The notes under the pieces: model-generated
Databases searched by the model: none
Told to the model about the DNA's origin: nothing
Seen by the model: the letters and a program-made list of their open reading frames with translations, nothing else
Part shown: positions 41,114 to 53,000 of the stretch, one piece after another
Numbering within the stretch: the first letter of the stretch is position 1
Layout of the letters: the number at the start of each line of letters is the position of its first letter
NCBI RefSeq assembly: GCF_964204645.1
Contig: NC_134036.1
Span: 1,922,001-1,986,000, forward strand
Source: Tubulanus polymorphus
Lineage: Eukaryota > Animalia > Nemertea
Reading direction: 5' to 3'
Length of the DNA stretch: 64,000 nucleotides
Program-made: the position numbers and the translations under genes

Positions 41114-42268
41114 TATTCCTGATGATGACTATTAGGATAAAGACAAAACGTTGAATAAACTACACTAGCTCAAGGAATACAGTATTCCTGAAGATGACTA
41201 TTAGGATATAGTCGAAACGTCGAATAAACTACACTAGCTCAAGGAATACAGTATTCCTGAAGATGACTATTAGGATAAAGACAAAACGTTGAATAAACTA
41301 CACTAGCTCAAGGAATACAGTATTCCTGAAGATGACTATTAGGATATAGTCGAAACGTCGAATAAACTACACTAGCTCAAGGAATACAGTATTCCTGAAG
41401 ATGACTATTAGGATAAAGACAAAACGTTGAATAAACTACACTAGCTCAAGGAATACAGTATTCCTGAAGATGACTATTAGGATAAAGACAAAACGTTGAA
41501 TAAACTACACTAGCTCAAGGAATACAGTATTCCTAAAGATGACTATTAGGATAAAGACAATACGTTGAATAAACTACACTAGCTCAAGGAATACAGTATT
41601 CCTGAAGATGACTATTAGGATAAAGACAAAACGTTGAATAAACTACACTAGCTCAAGGAATACAGTATTCCTGAAGATGACTATTAGGATATAGTCGAAA
41701 CGTCGAATAAACTACACTAGCTCAAGGAATACAGTATTCCTGAAGATGACTATTAGGATAAAGACAAAACGTTGAATAAACTACACTAGCTCATGGAATA
41801 CAGTATTCCTGAAGATGACTATTAGGATAAAGACAAAACGTTGAATAAACTGCACTAGCTCAAGTAATACAGTATTCCTGAAGATGACTATTAGGATATA
41901 GTCGAAACGTCGAATAAACTACACTAGCTCAAGGAATACAGTATTCCTGAAGATGACTATTAGGATAAAGACAAAATGTTGAATAAACTACACTAGCTCA
42001 AGGAATACAGTATTCCTAAAGATGACTATTAGGATAAAGTCGAAACGTTGAATAAACTACACTAGCTCAAGGAATACAGTATTCCTGAAGATGACTATTA
42101 GGATAAAGACAAAATGTTGAATAAACTACACTAGCTCAAGGAATACAGTATTCCTAAAGATGACTATTAGGATAGAGTCGAAACGTTGAATAAACTACAC
42201 TAGCTCAAGGAATACAGTATTCCTGAAGATGACTTTTAGGATATAGTCAAAACGTTGAATAAACTACT
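41114..42268 (+). ncRNA. Tandem array of 17 x 69-bp hammerhead ribozyme units, same family as 32074-32810 but opposite orientation
   Basis: Cores every 69 bp from 41119 (CTGATGA) and 41188 (CTGAAGA) to ~42223. Units 2, 4, 9 and 12 are fully intact (ATAGTCGAAACGTCGAATA); the others have GACAAAA, CTAAAGA or GTCAAAA core lesions. Confidence 0.8.
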
Positions 42269-43130
42269 ATCTCAAAGTTACATTTTCGGACTTTTTCCTT
42301 ATCAGTGTTGGATTCTCTCTACACTAAGATAAGGACATTGGGATGTAGGACAAACTTGAAATAGAGCACGGGAGAAAATGAGAGAGGGGGATACTGAGAG
42401 AATTTAAGAGAAGGCAGTCACGCAGTGGTTGAGGGGTAAAGATGTAGGCGAGAGAGATGGGCTGGAAGTAAGTTACGATGGTGGGACTTAAAAAAAAGAA
42501 AGAGGCTTGGGATAAGATGAGATAAGGCAGTATAATGGATATCGGAAAGTGAATTAGAGATGAGAAACTTTGCTGCTGGATGAGTCACACGACTAGTCAC
42601 TTGCCGCAGTAGGAAACACGATCCGAATTGCGCCCATTTTTCTTTCTTCGCTAGTTTTTAATTGCGTCTCTCTTTGACTGAATCAATAATAGAATGAAAA
42701 CCCCGACTCGAATTACACATACGCAACCCGCTACTGCTGCTGCTGCTGCTGCTTCAACACTACTTCTTAATTTTTTTCTTTGCTGATGTTTAAGTTTTTC
42801 ATGAGGCAGAGCTTTTATTCCAGAAGCTGCGCGCAATTGACTTTCCCTGCTTTGAGAGCATCTGATTTCATAGATCGGACTGCGAATATTATACTATAAT
42901 GAAAGTATAGCTTAAAATTTCTATTTGAGAGTAATTTTTACTCTTTCTAAAAGCTCAAATTCTCTCAAAAATATCAAAATACTCTTAAAATCTGAATAAT
43001 TCATAGTTCATTTTAATTTAAACGACTATTTCATGATGTGAAATAACTCTCTTTTTTAAGAAAACTACTGCAATTAGGTGTTTGGTTTCATCTGTAATTA
43101 TTTCCTACACAATTCAAAATTGTGCTAAAT

Positions 43131-43430
43131 AACCCAGTTGCACAGGGTTATGTGGGTTTGATTTAACTCCGAACCCAGTTCTACAGTTGTGTGGGTTTAA
43201 TCCGACTCTGAACCCAGTTCTACATTTGTGTGGGTTTAATTTAACTCTGGACCCAGTTCCACAGTTTCGTGGGTTTAATTTGGCCTAGGGTCCAGTTCCA
43301 CAGTTGTGTGGGTTTAATTTGACTCAGGGTCCAGTTCCACAGTTGTGTGGGTTAAATTTGACTCCGGCTCCAGTTATGTGGGCTTGATTTAACTCTGAAC
43401 CCAGATCCACAATTTGTTGTGTGGGTTTAA
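43131..43430. repeat. 38-39-bp tandem repeat x8 derived from the MITE terminus
   Basis: ACCCAGTTCCACAGTTGTGTGGGTTTAATTTGACTCTG-like units; other arrays at ~56730-56900 (inverted) and ~60197-60260. Confidence 0.9.
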
Positions 43431-43971
43431 TATTTTCATCAGCTGCAGGCACTGTAGTGGTGAATATCGTCCACGGTTTTAGTAACGAATTCTCATCTTG
43501 CATCCGATGTATCACCATCCCGCCTCCAGCTTCCCTTTCATCCCGGTTATCACATATCGATAGTTACACGGCCCGTCGTCGTCGTAATTTCATTACTTCT
43601 CTAAATCCGTTTCCATAGTAACTGCATCCCGAAACATCTGCTGCAACGAGGACGACAGACAGAAAGAGCGAGATGACGATATATCGGATATATCGGAATT
43701 GTAGGATGGAAACTGATACGGTCGGATGGATCAGGATTCGCGGATGCTGCGGCTGCTGATGGCGATGGTTATTCACGGATGTTGAATGCTCAGAAAGCCA
43801 TTGAAGAAAGCTTTTTTTGTAAAAATTCTCGAGTTTCAAAATCGGGAAATACATTTTAGTTCCTCGATCCCTGAACTACACAACTGAACTCAGTTTTTTA
43901 GTGTGAACCTGGTTCCTTGTTCAAATGTTCGCTTGAATAAAAGGCTTTCTTGGTCAGTTTCATCTCGTCTG

Positions 43972-44256
43972 GAGATTCTGTGCAGATGGTGCTGGGAAGG
44001 ATCAGGCGATCTTTGAAAATATTTCTGGCATTTCTGGACCTTGTTACACGTCGCTTTCTTCGAGGAAACGACGAGGGTATGGGATCAACTGGAGCTTTTC
44101 CATTTTCATTTTGATCCATCGCTAACAGTCTTGTAATAACCGATCCCATACCCTTGGCGTTTCCTCGAAGAAAGCGACGTGTAACAAGGTCCAGAAATGC
44201 CAGAAATATTTTCAAAGATCGCCTGATCCTTCCCAGCACCATCTGCACAGAATCTC
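43972..44256. repeat. Long inverted repeat (115-bp arms, 55-nt spacer); foldback/MITE or hairpin RNA
   Basis: 43972-44086 is the reverse complement of 44142-44256 with two differences. Confidence 0.97.
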
Positions 44257-44541
44257 ACGATTAGCAGATTTTCGTTGTTTCAGTAATTCCTTTACAAAAC
44301 CTTTATTGGCCGCAGTTGCCCAAAGGTTCACCCAGTCGTGTAGTGCGGCTGTCTCCACGGTGATCTACGTTGATCTACGGTCCTTTTGTACCCATCTGTG
44401 GTACAACAGACACTTAAGTTCTTGGTGAACCCAACAGAAATAAAGAGACAATTGATAACTGCACCAGCCCTAAATCAAACCTTCTAATTGTATAGTCAGG
44501 TTTGCTGAAATTGCGTGGATTTTGTGGCATTATGCAACGGC

Positions 44542-44672
44542 GGCTGCAATTGCTCACAACTTGGTTTTAGTAAACCAGTGGATAGTTGACATAGTGACGA
44601 TTAAAAGTTCATTGTTACTATGGTATTTATCCGCCGGTTATCTTTAACCAACTTTTGAACAACTTGTGCCCC
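44542..44672. mobile_element. MITE-like element (GGCTGCAGTTGCTCAAAAGTTGGTT-type termini); tandem derivatives at 51745-51975
   Basis: Imperfect terminal inverted repeats; internal AACCAGTGGATAGTTGAC is shared, inverted, with the 51745-51975 repeats. Confidence 0.6.
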
Positions 44673-47600
44673 TTGTCTAAGAATGGGACGTGAACATCCC
44701 TACCCCGATTGATGTCTTTGTAACCGCCCTCGCATTAATATGTACTAGACCGTCGTTTCGTCTGTTGTGAGTATCGTTTTTGAGATACCCCACCGGAACC
44801 AGTCTCATGGGGGATAATGCCACCGGAAGTTTGTACACGGTCGAACCGGAAGTCGACGACGGGAAACCATCAGTAACGGATTTGTTTGTTAAAGACTTGT
44901 TTCGGCTGCCTGGCAACAATTGATGAACGGAATGATCGTTCTTTATCAAATAACAATCTCTGAAGATTTTGAACGCCAGTAGTACTGTGGTTATCGAGAA
45001 TCCGACAGGTGTCACTAGTGTACAGTAGGCCATAACTTATTGTGAGATTTCTCCTATTTAAATGACAACTCGGCAACGCTACTGTAAGGATCCGACAGGT
45101 GTCGCCGCTTGTGTGCAGTAAGGGTATAAACTACTGTTTCACGTGAGGATCCACCAGGTGTCGCTAGTGTGCAGTAAAGGTATAAACTACTGTGACCCGC
45201 CAGACAACAGCGGAAATGTTCAGTAATATTCGTATTCGTAGAAAACTTGTCGTCTGTCTGTGCTCCAATGTACTGATTGCACCTTGGACCAATTTACGAA
45301 TAATTTTCTACAATTTGTCTGACGAGGAGAGTGAGACAGAGAGACGTGTCAACGGAATAAAAGGTTCGTCTGTCTCTGGCTCCCAGGTCCCGCCTAAACG
45401 TGGTTGAATCTGATTGGTGCGTTTTCCTGTCGGCACGCCGGAGCCCGAGGGGCGCGTCTCACTTCACTGCGCCATCGCTCTCATCAGAGATCGCAAAAGA
45501 ATTCCATCTATTCGTTACCACGGCAACGACGTTCCGGGGCACTGGATAACAACGACGTAAATAACGCAATAAACGGCTTATATTCGATTGTCTATTCGTC
45601 TTCGGTATTTCTTCTTTTTTTGGATCTACCGCCATCCGTAAATACTTACTTCAGGGTTTATACCGAGTGAACCCCCTGCGACCGACATCAGTTATCAGAC
45701 ATTTCTAATTGAACATGAACCACAGTCATCAGACATTAGACATTTCATCAGCGCACTTTCAAACCCTGAGTGTTTAACCTGTCCGAGTGCAGGGGAGCAG
45801 CTTCCAGGCTGTAGGGGGGGGGGGAGCAGGTTCCAGGCTTCAGACAAGGACCGACATTTTAACCGGCCATAAATATTCATCGGCTCCTATTCGTCGTTTC
45901 GTGTTCAGGAATTCAGTTCACGTTCCTTTGAACAATTTGCGCGCGCGCACACAAACCATTATTAGACATCTCATCGTCCCGTTTCTATGGTAACGGAATT
46001 TAGAGGATTAGTCGGCGCGAACGAACGTCATACACAAATCCACCCGTCGCCCCATCCCGTCTCTCCCCCTCACTCCCTCTACCCTCACCCCCTCCCTATA
46101 ATCTACACTCCCTCGCCCCTCCTGATCCTCCACATTCCCACTCCCCGTCACTGTCCCTCGGGCACGAATCAAACGAATGAAATCTTGCGATTTCTCCAAT
46201 TCTTTCTAATAACGCTCTTTATTTATGTTAACTCTGTAAGGTGGTATAATATATAATTTATTAATTTATTTATTATAATGATATATACACCATATATGAA
46301 AATAAACAGAAGATTTAGTACCCAGCCCTAATTAAGATTGATAAGTTACTTTTTCCTGTGTCTTTTCTGTTTTATATCTGTAGGAACGTGCTCAAAAACA
46401 AGCCATGCAGCACTTCGTCTGTCGTTTATATATTTCTGATATCTTTCTTATCTGAAAAAAAACTTATTCGAAATGAAAAAAAGAACCAAAAGTCAATCAT
46501 TCTTTTATCATTTTCATATTTTTTAAAATGTTTTTATTTCATCTGTATAATTTCTCAATTGTTCATTTTATTTTTGTATTATTTTTACTATTCTTATATT
46601 CATTATTTTCGTATCATTTATATTATTTTTTAAATCATTTATATAATTCTTATTTTATCTAGATCATTTCTATATTATTCATATTATTTCTACATTGTTT
46701 ATATTATTTTTTGTATACGCGCATTCAATCCCTTGACGCGAGACATTTGGGGCTTTCAGGAGAATTATTTCATAGAAAAAATTATAATTTTCAGGCCGGT
46801 TGAATTTTTCTGCCTCTGCCTTTTGGCAGTAATAATGATACGTTACAGGGCGTTGATAAGGTACAGGGCGTTGATAATAATATTGACAAATACAGAATTG
46901 GGACTCAAAATATGGACCAGTTCTATGTAGGCCTGATAAGGATTTTGAGGGACGTTGAAAAGAGTCCTTTTTGCGCCATTAAAGACAATTTTTGTTTTTA
47001 TATACATTCAGATTTCTTTAAGATGGTGATATTTTCTACCGAGAAGGCACCGGACCGTGTGATACAATGGCGATAACCCAAAAAAGAGATCGGGATGGTC
47101 GAAATGTATCCACGACCACCAAATGGGGAACATACAGAGGACATCTTTCCTCAGACCGCGGATTCGAAGCTACATGTATTCTCACGATTAGGTAGAACTT
47201 ATTTGTTTTTAGTTTTCTAGTGCCAGTATTCTGAAAACCAGGTAGGACCCTTTCTGTTTTTTTAGCCAGTTTCTCGTTTATGTACAAATTCCTATCGAAA
47301 AATATCTCGTAGTCTATGAAATGAAATTGATGAATTTTTAAGATTTTTATTACATTCATCACCTCCAAGAGATATTTGCAGAGCAAGCATTTACAAAATG
47401 ACAAATTTCAGCAATACTTCTATAAATACGTTGTACTGTATCGCCATCTATCGGGTGAATAATGAAACGTTCCCAGTGACAGCTCAACGCACTGGTCGTC
47501 TTTGATACCAATATCGATGCAATCGCCATCTATCGGTTTCTCGGTGTAATACAACCAAGACTTCATGTTCAACATTCGCTGCGCTAGTCCCATGCATTAT

Positions 47601-48591
47601 TTATAACCTGCTCATCCACCAGATGGCGAACGAGTGCTTGCACCCGAAAAGCACGTACCGTCATTTCCATCACTGCCGCTAGTAGTCGCTGGGAATTACT
47701 ATCTGTAAATGCCGCCAGACGTCGTTGCGCGCGATGTTAAAAAAAGTTGATCACAGTTTTATGCGCTGACGTGATACCGATCGATAATCACTAACGGTTT
47801 TTCTCTCGTTTGAACAAGTTGATCGATCAACAATCGGAACCGTTTTTTCATCGATGACATCACGGGAGCTTAGTAACGTAAGTTTTTTGTTTTCTTTCAT
47901 TTGTTTACTCTTCCACTTTATCATTCTCGAACTTCTGGTACCGGTCAGTATCACCTATAGCATGTCCCACGTCGGGGCGAAATGATTCGTGGTAAGATTT
48001 TAAATTTCGATTTACGTAAGAATTATTGCCATGGTTTTCATCCATATTGTCGTGACAGAACCAGTTAGGTTGAGGGGTTTATCGGCTGGTATCCGACGAC
48101 TACGGAACCAGTTCTAAGCCGTAGGTTAAAGTTTGACTCAAAGTTAAAACATAACTTGATTTAAAATAAGTTGATTTTTCTGATGAGTCACATCTTCACG
48201 GTCATACCTAGCAGAGGGACCCAGACATTTTGGGAAAGTGCCCTTTTTGTATATATTTTGTACATATTAATTGTTATGTCTTATAGAACTGCCCTTTTTC
48301 GGGTTTCCTGCCCTTTTTTGGTACGGCCCTTATCTTAACTCAATGAACTGGGTCCTGGTATATATTCGACATGTTTGTTTTAAAGTTTTGAATTTTCAGT
48401 AATAGGCCTATTCTGCTTAAAAGGCCATCGAAAGTGTAAGAGTTTCATCATAGAATTTCAAAAAGAAAAAAAAAACGAACAGATTTTCACAGAAGAAAGT
48501 TTATTATCGATTTTTCAAAAAATGAAATAAATTAATATTGTGCATAGATTATGCATATCCGATATTTACAAACAAAAGCAAACATTTAGAT

Positions 48592-49110
48592 TCGAAACCA
48601 TGACGTTTTTGCCATTGACAAAAATGCAAACCCCTTATTCTGTTTACTCTCCAAAATATCTAAGATATCGAAACCATGACGTGGTTTGCCCAAATTCTGT
48701 TTACTCTCCAAAATATCTAAGATATCGAAACCATGACGTGGTTTGCCCAAATTCAGTTTATTCTCCAAAATATTTTCCATGTCGAAACCATGACGTGCAT
48801 TAAGCCCAAAACGCAAATTCAAAGGGCTCAATATTTAGCCTTAAATTTTCCAAAATATGTTTGTATTTTGGATTTCGAAACCATGACGTTTGTTTGCCAT
48901 TTACCCAAATCCAAGGTGTTTTAATTCTGTTTTTTCCTCCAAAATATTTAAGATCTCGAAACCATGACGTGTTAACTAAAAATCGAAAGCCTCATTTTTC
49001 AGGCCGGGATCTTTAGATTTCGAAACCATGACGTTTTTTGCGACAAACTAAAATCCAAGGCCTCGTTTTTCTCCAAAATATCTAAGACGTCGAAACCATG
49101 ACGTGGTTTG
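48592..49110 (+). repeat. Irregular array of 8 copies of TCGAAACCATGACGT, homologous to the adjacent Dmrt DM-box exon
   Basis: Invariant 15-mer at 48592, 48668, 48725, 48782, 48875, 48956, 49020 and 49090. The best units match exon 50146-50181 at 30-31 of 36 nt. Confidence 0.88.
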
Positions 49111-49714
49111 CCATCAACTAAAGGCCTCATTTTCCAGACCTATGTCTTTAGAAGTCGAATCATTCTTTTCGCCATTGTCGCTATTTTGGCCTTTATTTTC
49201 CTAAATATCCAATGGTATCGGAACCCATGCGTCGCTATGCCAATCCTAGCCACTACTATGGCGTTCTCCTCCAAAATATTTCCACTGTCGAGACCACTGT
49301 TACATTATTTTGCCACTATAGACTAATGAAGCCAAACACGATTTCGTCCGGTGGTGTAACGCGCTCTAAAGAATCTGTTTTAGTAACAACATTTCGCGTG
49401 CACATCAAAACATGACGTTGAACTTTTTCCAAACGGCACTCCCTCAAACAGCAAGCTACATCTCCTAAATCATTCTTTAAACATGTGTCGCTACTGGCAT
49501 CTGAATCGGGTTCGACCTGAAAATATAAATTGTAAATCGTGAGCGTGTTGGTAAGAGTCTAAAAATAGATGGACTCAACAAGAGACGTAGAAATGGAAAT
49601 GCTGCAATAATACTAAGCTCGAACTGTTCAAATGGATTTAGAGGTTTACTGTCAAACAGTAAATTCATGATCACACATTTTTTCCTAAACTAATATAAAA
49701 TGTACCTTTTACAT

Positions 49715-49940
49715 TCAGTGTGCGATACCTTCACATTCCGTGTGCGACACCTAACGAGACGTGTGCCACACCCCGCTGGAAGTGTGCGCTACCCACTCAA
49801 ACAACCGATCTTTATATACATTGTAACCAACTGTTTAAAACATATCGTTTGCCTAACTGTTAACCAATCAGATTCTCCCCGATAGTGTCACGTGCTATGA
49901 TAAAAATCAGCCATTGGTTGATTGATTACTCAGTCGAGGG
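49715..49940 (+). promoter_or_regulatory. Putative Dmrt promoter
   Basis: Four GTGTGCGACACC-like motifs (49717-49792), DMRT-type site TATACATTGTAAC (49815-49827), CCAAT at ~49864 and ATTGG at ~49913, E-box GTCACGTG at ~49887, Inr-like TCAGTC at ~49930. Confidence 0.55.
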
Positions 49941-50079
49941 ACTCTAACGTTCCAAAACTATGAACGTCATTTGATCTTACGGCATCGTTACGCTTGTTAC
50001 GTTACGTTACGTTTTTTACAGGTGATTGTCGAGTCTTCAATCAGACAACACCACCGTTGCCATAACTACGGCGGTAACA

Positions 50080-53000
50080 ATGCCGAAAGATGTTACGTCA
50101 GTGATAACCAACGCTGCAGGTGGCGCTGCCAGTAAGCGTCTGCGTTCTCCAAAATGTTCTAGATGTCGAAACCATGGCGTGATAGCCGAACTGAAAGGAC
50201 ATAAGCGCTACTGTAGGTGGCGCGACTGTCGCTGCGTGAAATGTTTATTGATCAACGAGCGACAACGAGTAATGGCGGCCCAGGTGGCGCTGCGACGGCA
50301 ACAGGTAATTATAGATTCGATATTTGTCTGTCAGTGTTAACACTAGTAATGTAACAACATAGGATTCTTAGATGGGGAAAACCCAACTGATAGCGCCCCC
50401 TAGTTGTGTTTCGTTGCATTTCAATGAATTGTAATGAACACCAGGGGACAGGACTAGCTAACTCGTATAAATAATTTAATGTCACTTAAACGCCACCTAG
50501 TGGGTTTTATCATTTAACGTTCTGTGGCATAACATCGGTTTAGAATGATGCTTAGATTTTTTTTGCTGGATATATTTCCAGGAACAGGAAGTAGCGATGG
50601 GATTGTGTGTGCCCATACCCATATCGACTTTAGACGGTGGGACTGCTTCTTCGGAAAATACCACCTTCTCACCCTCGAAACTGAAAAGACTGGCCCTCTT
50701 ACACGGCAACTGTATCACCCAAGGTGAGTTCCCGAGGGGTAGCAGGTTGCTTTGATATTCGCAGTAGGATCAGAGCCAAATTTTTGGCCTCTTTAATATA
50801 TATCTTAAAAACTAAGATGGCCGCTATAGCAGCTATATGAATTCTTACACAAATTTGAGAAAATACAAAGATGGCTGCTATGCGACTTAATCGATGGAAA
50901 TCTTCCGAAATTTATAAAAACGTCGTGAACGCAACGCGGAACATAAGTGGCCCAGTTCCACAGTTCTGATTTAAATTTGATTCTAGAGTTAAAACATTGA
51001 AGATGAACAGACTTTAACTCTGAGTGAACTCTAACTCACAACTGTGGAACCGGGCCATGGAGTTTAGTGATAGTAAAAAATTGAAGATGGTTGTTCATTG
51101 AATAGCCGATGGTTTAGATTAACTATTTTAATCTCAACTGCTTGGTTGTGTATCGTCAATGGACCTTTGAGACGGTCAAATTCGTCATGATGATAAGGCG
51201 GCATCCCGTATCTGGTATCGGTTAGCCTATAGGCCAAAATAACAATGTAACTATATACGATAATAGTATTTACATCGTGAATGGTATTTCAGCTATGGCA
51301 TTAAATCAGCGAGTTTAGGAGGAACTTGTCTGGCAACAAAATTACTTACATGTCTCGATTGTTTGTTTTCTGCGCACGTCGCCTTAAAGAAAAATAACAA
51401 AGGGATCCGCGTTGTAATTGTTATTGCATCGAGAAGATTTATGAAGGTTTCTTGACAGCGGTCTTTCTTTCATACAGGCCCAGGAGAAATTAAACACGAA
51501 TTCTCTTGTAATTTCGGGAAATAAAAAAGAACATTTTGGAAACGGGTGATAAAATGCTTTAAAAACTGAATAACAAAAATAGTAAAACAGGTTAAAGCCA
51601 AGGTGACTAACTCTTGACTTTTGACCAAGTCAAAAAATTAGGAAAAGTCCCCTGAATCACCAAATGATGCAACACAGAAATTGTTTTGCCTTCCATTCAA
51701 CGGCTAGGGGCTGCGGTAACGATAGTAACAATGAAATTTGAATTGACTGTCAACTATCCACTGGTTAAGTCCAACCAACTTTTGAGATTTGACCCAGCTG
51801 GTTAACTCTTTTGAACAACTGCAGCCCCTGATATTAACAATGAACTTTCAATTGTCATTATGTCAACTATCCACTGGTTAAGTCTAACCAACTTTTGAGC
51901 AACTGCAGTCCCTGATAGTGACAATGAACTTTTAATTTTCACTATGTCAACTATCCACTGGTTAACCTTTAACCAAATATTTCGAATCAAAGTTTACTTA
52001 GCTCTAACGGCCAACAGATAATTCAGTTTGCTTCGACTACATTTTGATCCCACGCTTCAAAATCTGCAACAGATAATTCAGTTTGCGTCGCCTTCATCTC
52101 TTGACTCATGTCGTTTATTTTATTACATAATAAAACATTCTATGTACGGATATACTCTTTAAATGGCAACAGACTTTCAAAGTTCAATCCAACTTCGTAA
52201 AAAAGAAATCCTCGCATGGCTTACGGAAATAAACAAGGTCCGCCGTAGCGACCCCGGAACCGGAGAATGGTTATACTATAGCCTTCAAAACTAACAAATT
52301 TCACTTCGACTTCGACTCTCGCCTGTTCGCTACAAAAGTGGTAATAATTGCGAATGATGAATGCGCAAGGTTGACCGCTCTAAATTCTATAAACATAAGC
52401 CCAAAATGTACATACGTTTCCAACGTACCAACCAAATTCTGATGATCCATTTCTATGTAGCCAAGGTGCTAAATATGAAACCACCATCACCAACCCTATC
52501 AGGAGAGCCTTCTTCTATAACCCAACACATCTTTGAATCGTACATCAGTCTGATTGTGTGGATATTATGTACATTTAGCTTCACATTCATATGTAGCCCA
52601 TGGCCGTGACCGGTGTCCAACAAGCCCATGATATCCACGAGGCTATCCATTGTTAACGCCGCTAATGCTGGTAAATAAAGAAAACCAATATTAAGACTCA
52701 TTATATCGCAGTGCTAATGACCCATCTCAAGGCGAACTAAATTCTGATGATCCATTTCTGTAAACAAGATGCTTAATATGAAATCATCATCACCAACCCA
52801 AGCAGGTGAGCCTTCTAACCCAACCCATCTTGGCCTCTTGAGCACCAAATATCAAAGCACATCCTACACAGCATAGAACTTTAAAACTAACATCGTTCCA
52901 ATTTCATCATCAACCAAGACCCCTGTTCTGCATCAAGCTTAAGTACAAGAACGAAGGCTTGCTTCGAAAAAGTAAGACTCACAAGAAAGATCGTGGCTAT

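Noticed and set aside
43898-44248. 116-aa ORF
   Set aside because: Spans the inverted repeat; no domain; likely incidental.
48592-49110. CRISPR array interpretation (constant 15-mer with variable spacers)
   Set aside because: Eukaryotic context, no cas genes, repeat too short, and spacers are related to each other and irregular in length.
50114-50292. CTCF-like CAGGTGGCGCTG motifs inside Dmrt exon 1
   Set aside because: The second is dictated by the conserved QVAL codons, so neither was counted as independent evidence.
52453-52701. Minus-strand ORF faintly like LINE RT (LLD...GLHMNVK)
   Set aside because: No YADD-type catalytic motif; similarity too weak to call without a search.
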